From assembly GCA_050014355.1 (NCBI GenBank), contig JBEKDL010000004.1, positions 21,438 through 85,437 on the forward strand: a DNA stretch of 64,000 bases. Direction: 5' to 3'. Shown here piece after piece: positions 38,197-48,316 of the stretch; position 1 is the stretch's first letter; the number at the start of each line of letters is the position of its first letter. This DNA is from Dehalococcoidales bacterium. Lineage in GTDB: Bacteria; Chloroflexota; Dehalococcoidia; Dehalococcoidales; RBG-16-60-22. The notes under the pieces were generated by a model. The model did not search any database. It was not told where the DNA came from and saw nothing but the letters and a program-made list of their open reading frames with translations. A program made the position numbers and the translations under genes.

Positions 38197-38931
38197 TTAC
38201 TCGGTAAACTCCACCACTGTGCTCGACCATACCCGGGAGACCGCTTTTTCCAGCACTGCCTGCCGCGGGTCAGGGATATCCAGCAGCGGCGGCAGGACCA
38301 GCGTTTTCAACTGCATTAACAGAGGACAGTACTTTTGCAGCAGCTGTATTGTATCGCGGGCGCCGCCGTAGACAATGTAGTCCAGTTTTTTAACATAAGG
38401 CCCGAGCGTTTCATGGACATGCTCGCAGACGCGGTTGAGGAACGTTTCTATCTGTTTATCGCGGTGGCGCTCGAACCGGTGCGCCGAAGAGCCACCCTGC
38501 CGATGCCGCCCGTGGACAAGCCCCGTGCCCACCTTGCTGCTTATGAGTTGTTCGCCGCGGGACACGCCCACCGCGTAAGCACCCAGCCTCACCAGCACCA
38601 GACCAATCACCAGGTCGCGCTCTATCTGCGAGCGTACCTGCTCCAGGTCGAGGGGCTGTACCGCCTGCTTTTCCGTGGCGGGGAAAGGGGGCACAACGAG
38701 GCACTTTTGCGCGGCGCTCCAGAAAACATAGCAGCCTGTTTTCGAACCGGCAGCCAACTTTATTAAATGAGGATGCACGTCTTCGGGTATTTCACCCAGC
38801 TTGCAGACTCCCTGCGTTTCCTCCGGCGCGAGGTTAGGCGGTAAACAGAACGCGGCGGCCTTCCCGGGCACGCCTTTCAGGCTTTCCAGGTATTCCAGCG
38901 TCGCTTGACGATTCAAAATACGTTTTTTCAT
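38197..38931 (-). CDS. Vms1/ANKZF1-like (VLRF1, acVLRF1-type) release-factor-fold protein, putative peptidyl-tRNA-cleaving enzyme
   Basis: The core LVLVRLGAYAVGV...GRHRQGGSSAHRFERHRDKQ resembles the VLRF1 signature (R-x-GG-S-x-S..RF.R). Its ATG overlaps the mutS2 stop (ATGA). Confidence 0.62.
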   Translation of the reverse strand: MKKRILNRQATLEYLESLKGVPGKAAAFCLPPNLAPEETQGVCKLGEIPEDVHPHLIKLAAGSKTGCYVFWSAAQKCLVVPPFPATEKQAVQPLDLEQVRSQIERDLVIGLVLVRLGAYAVGVSRGEQLISSKVGTGLVHGRHRQGGSSAHRFERHRDKQIETFLNRVCEHVHETLGPYVKKLDYIVYGGARDTIQLLQKYCPLLMQLKTLVLPPLLDIPDPRQAVLEKAVSRVWSSTVVEFTE

Positions 38932-41297
38932 AATTTGACCACCGTGGCGCCGTCGCCGCCTTCATTGCGCTCACCAGGTCGGAATGATTTTACCAGGGGG
39001 TGCGCGGCGAGCATTTCACGCACGATATTGCGCACTGTGCCGGTCGCAATGCCGTGGACAATGCGCACTTCGGTCATGTCCGCGCGGACCGCATCGTTAA
39101 GATAGCTATCCAGCGCCGGTTCCACCTCGTCGGCGCGCTTGCCGCGGAGGTCGAGTTCCCGCGGGACTCTCCTGCCGACCGGCTCGATGTGCGGCGGCGC
39201 TGTTGAGTCCGGCAAGGCAGACGCTTTAACCACGCTGTCCAGTCCCAGCCTCATCTTCGTCCTGCCGGACTGTACTTCAATTTCCCCGGTCTCTTCCGAA
39301 ATCGAAAGCACCGTGGCGGTCAGGCCGGCTTCCTTTACCCGCACCGTGTCCCCTACTTTAATCAGTCCGGCATCCGCTTCCGGCTTTTCCGCTAAATGGG
39401 GCTGCCAGATATCTTTTTCGAGCTGCTCGCGCACTGTAGATAAGCTGCGCCTGGCCTTTTCGACACCGGCAGCGGATTTCTTCTTGCGCAGTTCGGCAAC
39501 CGCCTGGCGGATTTCTCGGTGCAGCTCCGCGGCCTCGCGCACTACCGCGTCACGCGTCTCCTGAATCGCTTTACGCTCCTCGGTCTTAAGCTTCTGGAGC
39601 TCGATATCCAGTTCGGCATTGCGCCGCGCAAAATCATCCCGTTCGGTCTCAAGTTCCTTGTGGAGCGACGCTATTTTCTGTTTTTCCGCCATCAGGTTAG
39701 CGAGCAGCGTTTCCAGCTCCTGACTGCTCCCCGTGAGCATGCCGCGGGCGTCTTTGATTATCTCCGCCGGAATACCCAGTCGGGCGGCGGTGGCCATGGC
39801 GTTGCTGCCGCCGGGGATACCCACCGTCAGCCGATAGGTAGGCGACAGCGTTACAGGGTCGAACTCGAGCGAGGCGTTCTCCAGTCCCTGGGTAACATGG
39901 GCAAAGGCCTTTAGGTCGCTGTAATGCGTGGTGGCGACGGTCAGCGTCCCGCGCGCCAGGAAATAGCGCAGAATAGCCCTGGCCAGGGCGGAGCCTTCGG
40001 CGGGGTCGGTACTTGTCCCCAGCTCATCAAGGAGCACCAGGCTCTTGCCCGTGGCGCTTTGAATAATCCGGACAACGTTCCCCATATGCCACGAGAAGGT
40101 GGAAAGCGTCTGCTCGATGCTCTGTTCGTCGCCGATATCGGCAAAAATACCGTCGAAAAGCGGCAGCCGACTCTCCGCCGCGGCCGGGATAGGCATACCC
40201 GCCTGCGCCATCAGGCTTAACAGTCCAATGGTCTTGAGCGTCACTGTCTTACCGCCGGTGTTCGGGCCGGTGATAATCAATCCGGTGAAGTCCTGCCCCA
40301 GTTCCAGTGAGAAGGACACGGCTTTATCACCGAGGAGAGGATGGCGCGCCTCTACCAGCTTGATAAAGCCCGGCTGCTTTCGCGGGGCGCTAAAATTACT
40401 ATCCGGCTCGATGATTTCAGGCTCGACGGCCTTTATTCTCTGTGCGTACCTGGCTTTGGCCATGACTAAATCTAACTCGGCAACCAGCTCGATAGAGCGG
40501 GAAATATCGTCGCTGTGAGCGCCCACCTCGGCGCTCAAGAGACGCAGCACTTTCTCCACCTCGCGCCTCTCTTCGATGACCAGCTCCCGCAGCGCGTTGC
40601 CCAGCCCCACGGTGGCCGTAGGCTCCATGAAAACCGTGGCGCCAGTGTTGGAGATATCGTGGACGATGCCTTTGACATCGTGGCGATTTTCCACCTTGAC
40701 GAGGATGACATAGCGCCCTTCGCGTTCAGTTATAACATCCTCCTGGAGAAGACGGCTGCCCCGCGGCGACCTTATGATGGCCTCCAGCCGCTCCAGGATT
40801 TGCCCGCGCGTTTCGCGCAGTTGCTGGCGGATGGCGGAAAGAGACGGAGATGCCGTATCCAGGACTTCTCCCGCCGGGTCGAGGCAGGCGCCGATGTCTT
40901 TTTCAATCTGGCGCAGCTCGGCGATGCCCTCGGCGATGTTCCAGAGCAGCGGGAAATCCGCCGCGATGCTTTTAAGATAGCGGCGCAGCTCGTGCATGGC
41001 GGCGAGCGCCTGCTGGACTTCCAGCAAGCTTAAAGGCTCAAGGATGCCTTCCAGCGCCGCCAGCCGGACCTTATCGCGGATATCGGTCACGCTGCCAATG
41101 GAAAAGCCCCTGTCCTGTGCCAGCAGCCGGCGCGCCTCGGCCGTTTGCTGCAGCAGTTGCGATATCTCCATAAAATCCTGCAACGGCGCTAAAGCGACGG
41201 CCAGTTCGCGGCTGGCGGAAAAAGAGGTATAACCCGCCAGTATTTCCTTTATCCGCGGGAACTCCAGCATTTCCAGGCTTTTATTATCCATGCTCAT
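38928..41297 (-). CDS. mutS2: endonuclease MutS2 (MutS-paralogue ATPase with KOW-like and Smr domains)
   Basis: It has Walker A GPNTGGKTV, Walker B LLDELGTSTDP, a long coiled coil and a C-terminal Smr domain (LDLRGKR...VRIVHGIATG). Confidence 0.92.
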   Translation of the reverse strand: MSMDNKSLEMLEFPRIKEILAGYTSFSASRELAVALAPLQDFMEISQLLQQTAEARRLLAQDRGFSIGSVTDIRDKVRLAALEGILEPLSLLEVQQALAAMHELRRYLKSIAADFPLLWNIAEGIAELRQIEKDIGACLDPAGEVLDTASPSLSAIRQQLRETRGQILERLEAIIRSPRGSRLLQEDVITEREGRYVILVKVENRHDVKGIVHDISNTGATVFMEPTATVGLGNALRELVIEERREVEKVLRLLSAEVGAHSDDISRSIELVAELDLVMAKARYAQRIKAVEPEIIEPDSNFSAPRKQPGFIKLVEARHPLLGDKAVSFSLELGQDFTGLIITGPNTGGKTVTLKTIGLLSLMAQAGMPIPAAAESRLPLFDGIFADIGDEQSIEQTLSTFSWHMGNVVRIIQSATGKSLVLLDELGTSTDPAEGSALARAILRYFLARGTLTVATTHYSDLKAFAHVTQGLENASLEFDPVTLSPTYRLTVGIPGGSNAMATAARLGIPAEIIKDARGMLTGSSQELETLLANLMAEKQKIASLHKELETERDDFARRNAELDIELQKLKTEERKAIQETRDAVVREAAELHREIRQAVAELRKKKSAAGVEKARRSLSTVREQLEKDIWQPHLAEKPEADAGLIKVGDTVRVKEAGLTATVLSISEETGEIEVQSGRTKMRLGLDSVVKASALPDSTAPPHIEPVGRRVPRELDLRGKRADEVEPALDSYLNDAVRADMTEVRIVHGIATGTVRNIVREMLAAHPLVKSFRPGERNEGGDGATVVKL

Positions 41298-41452
41298 GGG
41301 TTCTACCGTATTTCCACTTTATTATACCAGCTACTAACATAATTTTTCACAATAGGATTTTACGTTCACCGTTTCGTTACCGCTCCCGAACATGCTATAA
41401 TAATTAGTGAGTCAGCTTTCGGGATAGCTGGCTTATTATTGTTTTAACTCCC

Positions 41453-43078
41453 ATGTCACAAGTACAGATGCATGCCGGCAGCTTGAGCACTTTACCCCGG
41501 AAACAGGTCATTATTACCCTAGTAGGTGTGATGATGGCCATGTTCCTGGGCTCACTCGACCAGACGGTCGTCGGCACGGCCATGCCGCGCATCATTAGCG
41601 ACCTCGGCGGCTTTAGTCAATACACCTAGGTCACCACGTCCTACATGATTACCTCGGCGGTCGCGGTGCCGATTGTCGGCAAACTGACGGATATCTACGG
41701 GCGCCGGATTTTTTATATCTGCGGCGTGGCTATCTTCACGGTGGGGTCGGTTTTATGCGGTTTCAGCCACACCATCACGCAGATTATTTTCTTCCGGGGT
41801 TTCCAGGGAATCGGCGCCGGCATCATGATGGCCAATGCTTTTACTACCATCGGCGACCTGTTCCCTCCGGCCGTGCGCGGCAAGTACCAGGGGCTGATGA
41901 GCTCGGTTTTCGGGGTTTCATCGATTATCGGACCTACACTGGGAGGGTATATCACCGATACTCTGTCCTGGCACTGGATATTTTTCGTCAATATACCCCT
42001 GGGGCTGGCGGTTATTTTCCTCTTTATTTTCTACTTCCCCAACATACGGCGGGATAATTTAAAGCATAGCATCGATTACACCGGCGTGGCCCTGCTGATA
42101 CTGGTCGTGGTGCCTCTGCTGCTGGCCCTCTCATGGGGAGATGTGGAATATCCCTGGAGCTCTCCGCAAATCATTGGCATGTTTGCCTTCTCGGCCATCG
42201 CATTTCTCTTTTTCTTCCTGGTGGAAAGGCGCAGCCAGGAACCTATCGTGCCTTTATCGCTTTTTAAAAATCGTATCGTGGCTGTCTCGCAAGTGATGAC
42301 TTTTCTGACGTGGTTTGGCATGTTCGGCAGCACCATCTTCGTCCCGCTTTTTTTCCAGGGCGTGCTGGGTGATAAAGCTACCGCTAGCGGTAACTTCCTT
42401 ACGCCGATGATGCTGGGCAACGTCTTCGGCGCTTTTATTTCCGGCCAGTTCCTCTCACGCACGGGCGGGCATTATCGCATCCAAGGTGCCGTGGGCATGG
42501 CAATTTTAACTTTCGGTTTTTTCCTTCTTTCCGGGATGAGTATGAGCACTTCACACGCCATCGCTGTGAGGAATATTATCATTACCGGGTTCGGCATGGG
42601 TATTACCATGCCGCTTTACATTATCGCCGTTCAGAATGCGGTGCCATACAGCTTCCTGGGCACAGCCACTTCAGTTACCGCTTTTACCCGTTCTGTCGGC
42701 GGAACGGTGGGCCTTTCGATATTCGGTTCCATGATGAGCAACCGTTTTGCCACGGAACTGGCGGTGAGAATACCTGCGGAGGTAAAGGCTGTCGTGCCAG
42801 CGGCGCAGCTCGATGCGATGGTGCATAACCCCCAGGCCCTGTTCAGCGCCGAGGCGCAGAGCCAGCTCCAGGGACTTTTCAGCCAGGCCGGCCAGGGCGG
42901 TACCGCCCTTTTCCAGAACATGCTGCAGGCCCTACGCCAGTCTCTCGATACAGCTATCGGCCACGTTTTTCTGTTCGCCTTCGGCGCCTTGGCGTTCGGC
43001 TTTGTCGTGAACTTTTTCATCAAAGAGATACCGCTACGGGCGCACCACACCATAGATGCGGAACCGCTCAAGAAATAG
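41453..43078 (+). pseudogene. MFS transporter (DHA2/EmrB-like, 14-TM class) interrupted by an in-frame TAG at 41627-41629
   Basis: The frame from ATG 41453 reads MSQVQMHAGS...MPRIISDLGGFSQYT*VTTSYMITSAV and continues into ORF 41645-43078. The stop sits where this family typically has Trp (TGG). Confidence 0.75.
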
Positions 43079-43115
43079 CGCCGGAGCGCCACCAATAAGA
43101 TGGGCTAAGGAAATT

Positions 43116-44351
43116 CTATTCCGACCTTAAGGCCTCGATAGGATTGAGACGGGAGGCGTTCCAGGCGGGGTAAAAGCCAAAGAACAGCCCGATACCCACT
43201 GAAACCGATACGGCCATAATAATTATGTCCGGCGTTATCACCGTCGTATAGATTTTAAGGTAGTCGAGCGCCGTGGACACCCCCAGGCCAACGACCACCC
43301 CGATTATGCCGCCGGCGAAGCACAGCAGGGCCGCTTCAACAAGAAACTGAATCCAGATGTCCCTTTCCCGGGCGCCCAGCGCTTTGCGGATGCCGATTTC
43401 TCTCGTGCGTTCCAACACGGAAACAAGCATGATGTTCATGACGCCGATGCCGCCCACCAGCAGTGAAATCGCCGCGACAGCCCCGAGCAACAGGGTAAGT
43501 TGCCCCGTCGTCTGGGTGAGCGTGCTGGCTATCTGTTCCATCGACTGGATACGGAAATCGCTATCCGCAGATGCCGACAGCTGGTGGCGGGTGCGTAACA
43601 GGCTGGTGATATCAGCGATGACCTGCTGGGTGTATTTAGAATCGGTGACATCGAGGTTTATCGATGATACTTGGTTGCCGCCCTGCGCCGTGCGCGCCGG
43701 TTGGGAAACCATTTGCTGCATCGTAGTCAGCGGCATATAAACCGCATCGTCAGGAGAACCGAAGCCGGCGCCCTGGCTCACCAGCACACCGATAACGCGC
43801 ACAATAACATTGCCCATCCGCATCTGCTGCCCGACGGGTTCAATGTTCGGGAAGAGTGTTGTAGCCACATTGGAGCCAATTACTGCGTACATCGCAGACT
43901 GGTTATAATCATCATCCGAGAATAGATTACCATCGGCCAAATTAAGGTTACTTATTTGAAAATATTGAGGGTTTACCCCGGAAACCTGGGCATTAACGTT
44001 TTGCGCTCCTACGATAAGCTGCAGGTTGCTGGTGTAGACCGGGGATATCCCCGAGATATTGGAGACCTGTTCCTGGATGGCCTGGGCATCCTGCATCGTC
44101 AGCGTCCTGGTGGCGCCACCGGCGCTCCTGACTCCGCCTGTAGTTGTTGCCCCGGGGCTAATTGTAATAAGGTTCGCGCCCATGCGTGAAATATTGGCCA
44201 GAATATTCGCGGTGGTCCCCTTGCCGATAGACATCAGGGCGATTACAGCGGCCACACCGATGACGATGCCCAGCATGGTCAAAATGCTGCGCAGTTTATG
44301 AGTACTGATGCCAACCCAGACAGTCGATAAAACGCCTAACCATTTTTTCAT
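43116..44351 (-). CDS. ABC transporter permease, MacB/FtsX type
   Basis: It has an N-terminal TM segment, a large external domain and a C-terminal FtsX 3-TM bundle (REIGIRKALGA). Confidence 0.85.
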   Translation of the reverse strand: MKKWLGVLSTVWVGISTHKLRSILTMLGIVIGVAAVIALMSIGKGTTANILANISRMGANLITISPGATTTGGVRSAGGATRTLTMQDAQAIQEQVSNISGISPVYTSNLQLIVGAQNVNAQVSGVNPQYFQISNLNLADGNLFSDDDYNQSAMYAVIGSNVATTLFPNIEPVGQQMRMGNVIVRVIGVLVSQGAGFGSPDDAVYMPLTTMQQMVSQPARTAQGGNQVSSINLDVTDSKYTQQVIADITSLLRTRHQLSASADSDFRIQSMEQIASTLTQTTGQLTLLLGAVAAISLLVGGIGVMNIMLVSVLERTREIGIRKALGARERDIWIQFLVEAALLCFAGGIIGVVVGLGVSTALDYLKIYTTVITPDIIIMAVSVSVGIGLFFGFYPAWNASRLNPIEALRSE

Positions 44352-45028
44352 AATTTTTCCTCGGCCTCGATCTCACCGTCCTTGATGTGAATAATACGCT
44401 GGCAGAAATGGGCAACGGCGGCATCATGGGTGACCACCACTACGGTAATCCCCTTCTCGGTGCTCAAGGACGTGAGGATAGAAATCACTTCTTTGCCGGA
44501 GTGGCTATCCAGCTGCCCGGTAGGCTCGTCGGCCAGGAACATCGGGGGGTTTTTAACCAGAGCGCGGGCGATGGCCACTCTCTGCTGTTCTCCGCCGGAG
44601 AGCTCGATAGGACGGTGGTACATTCTTTCTCCGAGACCGACACTGTCAAGCGCATCTTTAGCGGTCTGGCGATTAATGCCGCCGGCGTAGACCATGCCCA
44701 GCTCAACATTGGCCAGCGCCGTGAGCCGGGAAAGCAGGTTGAAAGTCTGGAAGATAAAGCCTATCTTCTGCCCCCGGATACCCGCCAGTTCGTTGCCGCT
44801 AAGACAGCTGACCTCACTTCCCTCGAAAAAGTATTTACCGGAGGTCGGCTTATCCAGGCAGCCAAGGAGGTTAAGCAAGGTTGTTTTGCCCGACCCTGAC
44901 GGCCCCATGACCGCCACCAGCTCACCCTTAGCTACCTCGAGGTTGATACCTTTGAGCACCAGAAGCTCATTTTTACCCATGGCGTAGGACTTGGTCAGTC
45001 CCTCTAGTTTAATCATTTCCATCGTCAT
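44348..45028 (-). CDS. ABC transporter ATP-binding protein, MacB/LolD type
   Basis: It has Walker A GPSGSGKTT, the signature LSGGEQQR and Walker B FLADEPTG. Confidence 0.9.
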   Translation of the reverse strand: MTMEMIKLEGLTKSYAMGKNELLVLKGINLEVAKGELVAVMGPSGSGKTTLLNLLGCLDKPTSGKYFFEGSEVSCLSGNELAGIRGQKIGFIFQTFNLLSRLTALANVELGMVYAGGINRQTAKDALDSVGLGERMYHRPIELSGGEQQRVAIARALVKNPPMFLADEPTGQLDSHSGKEVISILTSLSTEKGITVVVVTHDAAVAHFCQRIIHIKDGEIEAEEKL

Positions 45029-46792
45029 CTACCTGCCGAGAAATATTCCGCCGCCGCCGGGTAGCGCGGTAGTCTTGGCTGGCGCTGTAGAAGAGGCCTT
45101 CGTAACAACTATTTTATCGCCTTCGTTCAACCCGCCGGTCACCTGGGTGTTCTGGTAGTCGGACAGTCCGGTCTGTACAGGACGTTTTTCAATGGTGTTA
45201 TTGGCGCTCATTACGTTGACTGTGCTCTGATTTCCCGATTTCGTAATCGCGTTATTGGGCACCAGCAGCACGCTGTTCGCCTGTGATAATATCAGGCTCA
45301 CGGTACCGCTAAGACCCTGCTTGAGCTGAATATTAGACGCTAGCTGGCTGGCAGCCCGGCTGCCGTAAGAGGATGAGCCCGCACCCGCCGGAGGTGTAAC
45401 GCCGGCCTGTGTTGTGAAGTTTCCCGAAGCACCACCCGGTTGCCGGCCGGTGGCATTAGCCGTGGAGAACGGCAATGAACCGGCGGTAACAGGCGTGACA
45501 GAGGTTATATTCACGGTGACGGCATAGTTGACCACGCCCGATGATATCGTAGCCGTAGGAGAAATTTGAGTAACTTTGGCCGGCAGGGTTAAGCCGGGTA
45601 TGGCGTTTAAGGTCATCGTGGCATCCCCTCCGACTTGAACATTCATGATATTCATCTCACTAACGAGTATATTCGCTTGAAACTTGTTGGGGTCGGCCAC
45701 AGTTACCGCTATCGTGCCGTTAGGCACCTGGTCGCCGCCGCTGACATTGACCTTGGTAATAAAACCGTCAAAGGGAGCTGTAATTTGCGGGCTCATAGCC
45801 TGGGCAGAGGTCAGCTTCTTCTGGGCATCTGCCAGCGTGCTGTTAGCAAGGTCAAGGTCTGACTTGGCATTGGCTAACGTCACCTGCTGTTTGGAAACGG
45901 CGTAGTTAGCATCATCCACCGCTTGCTGGGCCGTTTGTACGGCTAAATTGGCGTCATCCACTGCGTTTTGAGCGTCCACCAGCGCTGATACAGCCTGGTT
46001 AAATGCAAGGACCTTCTGCGCCACCGATAATGCGACATCGGTGGAGGTCGTGGTGCTGGTGCCGCCGAGTAAGTCCTTCATGTCTCCCATTAACCCTTTA
46101 GTAGGGGGGGATGCGGTTGAATCACCGTTCAGTGTTTTATAAGTATCCTGGTAGAGTTGGTACCAATAAGCATAATTTTCGGTACCTAGCATCATGCTCT
46201 TGGCCAGCTGCAAGGTGTAGTTGGCATTGTCAATTTCGTCCTGAAGCTTTTTAACTTGCTGTATGTTGTACAGGGTATTATTGGCTGACGTTACATTAAG
46301 CTGTGCCCCCGTAAGAGAGAGGTTTTTTAGATCAACCTGGTGCTGCGCCCTGGCTACGGCAGTTATCGTAGCAGTGACCTGGCGCTGCAGGACAGCAAGC
46401 TGGCGTTCAGCATCGGTCTCCGCGGTGCTTTTAGTCGTAACAGTACGCTGCGCTGTGGTCTGATTCTGCTGTACAACATTCAACTCGTCATTCCACTCGT
46501 CATTATCCACCGTGACGAGTACCTGACCGGCTTTTACGGAGTCGCCTAACTGTACCAGGACGCTGGCGATGGTCCCCTTAGTCCCACCAGGGTAGAAGAG
46601 GTTCACAGGGAGGTCTTCCGTTTGCGCGAGCGCCAGGTTACCCGCCGCGGTAATCGTGTTGGAAACGTCCCCCCTTTTTACGGTGTATATCTGTGTTGTT
46701 GTGGTAGAAGCCTTCTTCGAGCCGCAGCCGGCAAATGTGGCCACCAGCACACCCGAGGCCAGTATCACCAGTAACGTTTTCCAGACTTTCAT
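45029..46792 (-). CDS. HlyD/MacA-family efflux adaptor lipoprotein with an extended coiled coil
   Basis: I place the start at MKVWKTLL... because AGGAG lies 7 nt upstream. It has a lipobox (TFAGC), a biotinyl-lipoyl-like beta segment, a long coiled coil and a beta-barrel. Confidence 0.8.
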   Translation of the reverse strand: MKVWKTLLVILASGVLVATFAGCGSKKASTTTTQIYTVKRGDVSNTITAAGNLALAQTEDLPVNLFYPGGTKGTIASVLVQLGDSVKAGQVLVTVDNDEWNDELNVVQQNQTTAQRTVTTKSTAETDAERQLAVLQRQVTATITAVARAQHQVDLKNLSLTGAQLNVTSANNTLYNIQQVKKLQDEIDNANYTLQLAKSMMLGTENYAYWYQLYQDTYKTLNGDSTASPPTKGLMGDMKDLLGGTSTTTSTDVALSVAQKVLAFNQAVSALVDAQNAVDDANLAVQTAQQAVDDANYAVSKQQVTLANAKSDLDLANSTLADAQKKLTSAQAMSPQITAPFDGFITKVNVSGGDQVPNGTIAVTVADPNKFQANILVSEMNIMNVQVGGDATMTLNAIPGLTLPAKVTQISPTATISSGVVNYAVTVNITSVTPVTAGSLPFSTANATGRQPGGASGNFTTQAGVTPPAGAGSSSYGSRAASQLASNIQLKQGLSGTVSLILSQANSVLLVPNNAITKSGNQSTVNVMSANNTIEKRPVQTGLSDYQNTQVTGGLNEGDKIVVTKASSTAPAKTTALPGGGGIFLGR

Positions 46793-46876
46793 GTTTTTTC
46801 TCCTGTGCCAGATGTTTTTCACTGGCAATATTAACCTGGCCGATGGACCATTAATATAGAATATGCCAGATAAATG

Positions 46877-48316
46877 TTAAGAAATTATTTCACCATGTTC
46901 ATTTACCGGCATGGGAAGGCTGAAGGTAAAAGTGGTGCCTTCCCCGAGTTTACTCCTTACGTCTATCCTGCCACCGTGCGCCTCTACAATGCGCCGGGCT
47001 ATCGTCAGACCAAGGCCGGTGCCGCCGGTAGACCTCGTGCGGGATTTATCCACGCGATAGAAGCGCTCGAAGATAAACGGCAGGTCCTCCGCCGGGATGC
47101 CTTCGCCGGTATCTGACACGCTGACATACACCTGGCCTTCTTCTCGCCAGGCGGTCAGAGTTATCCTGCCGTCCCGGCCGGTGTGAGCCACCGCGTTATC
47201 CAGTAAATTATATAGCACCTGCTTGATGCGCTGCGAGTCAATATTCAGCTCCGGAAGCGAAGCCGGGACATCGGTGAACACGATAATACCTTTAGCTGCT
47301 ATCTTGGTCTGTGAAGCCGCCACCGTCTCTTTAATCAGCCGGGAGATATCTTCAGGCTGTAAAACCAGCTTCAGCTCTCCGGCATCGGCCAGACTTAACT
47401 CCTGGAGGTCATCGACGAGGCGGGACAGCGAAGAGGCCTCATCGTTAAGGGAGTGGATGGTTGTATCATCCGGTTTGACCAGGCCATCGCTGACTGCCTC
47501 CAGGTAACCGCGGAGGTTGGACAGTGGCGTTCTCAACTCGTGGGCGATATCAGCCACCATATTCCTCCGCAGGCGTTCGTTTCGCTCCAGGCCATCAGCC
47601 ATGGTATTAAAAGAACGGGCCAGTTCACCCATTTCGCCTTTATCATCAGAGTCCACCCGGCGTGAAAAGTCCCCTTTGCCAAACTCCCTGGTAACACCCG
47701 TCAGGGCTTTAACCGGCGCGAGGATACGGCGAGACAGGACGTACGTCAGCAAAAAAGCGATGGCAATCGCCAGCAGACCGCCCCACAGGAAGAAACGCCC
47801 TATCGTGTTATAGGTTATCTGTAATGAAGCACGGTCAATATCCTGCGAGTCGGTGTGAAGAACGTAAAGAACACCGGTAGTGTGTGCCCCCGCTATCGGC
47901 ATAGCGGCCTGGTCGGATGGCGCGGTGTTCTGGTTTGCCCGCAGGAGGCTCCCCAATATTCCTTCCACCGTTATCACCGGCTGTCCCTGGTCTTTGGTTG
48001 TGTATTTAGTACCCGTCAGTTTTTGATCAGAGTCGGCCTGGACGATACCGGCATTATTGGTAAGAATGATGCGGGAATTATAGAGCTTGGCAAGCTGAAG
48101 GACCGCGGGTTGCACTCCATCCCAGGTGCCGGCCAGCTGATAATAGCGCGCCAGCTCTATTTCAACCCGTCTGTCCTGGGCCGTCTGCAGACGCTCTTGA
48201 ATGTGGCTGATTTCATCGCGGGTATTCCGGTAAGTAAAGAAAAAAACCGTACTGATGATAACCACAATAACGACGGTGAAAGCAGCCAGAAGCCTGAAGT
48301 TCAGACTATGTCTCAC
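46877..48316 (-). CDS. sensor histidine kinase (BaeS/CusS-like)
   Basis: It has 2 TM segments, HAMP, a HisKA H-box (AHELRTP) and an HATPase domain (GGTGLGLTIA). Confidence 0.88.
   Translation of the reverse strand: MRHSLNFRLLAAFTVVIVVIISTVFFFTYRNTRDEISHIQERLQTAQDRRVEIELARYYQLAGTWDGVQPAVLQLAKLYNSRIILTNNAGIVQADSDQKLTGTKYTTKDQGQPVITVEGILGSLLRANQNTAPSDQAAMPIAGAHTTGVLYVLHTDSQDIDRASLQITYNTIGRFFLWGGLLAIAIAFLLTYVLSRRILAPVKALTGVTREFGKGDFSRRVDSDDKGEMGELARSFNTMADGLERNERLRRNMVADIAHELRTPLSNLRGYLEAVSDGLVKPDDTTIHSLNDEASSLSRLVDDLQELSLADAGELKLVLQPEDISRLIKETVAASQTKIAAKGIIVFTDVPASLPELNIDSQRIKQVLYNLLDNAVAHTGRDGRITLTAWREEGQVYVSVSDTGEGIPAEDLPFIFERFYRVDKSRTRSTGGTGLGLTIARRIVEAHGGRIDVRSKLGEGTTFTFSLPMPVNEHGEIIS

Noticed and set aside
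41627-41629. The in-frame TAG in the MFS gene might be a recoded sense codon such as pyrrolysine.
   Set aside because: TAG is used as an ordinary stop by other genes in this window, for example truB (4295-4297) and ORF 4383-4601. No pyl genes are visible. A single G-to-A change from the expected Trp codon is the simpler explanation.
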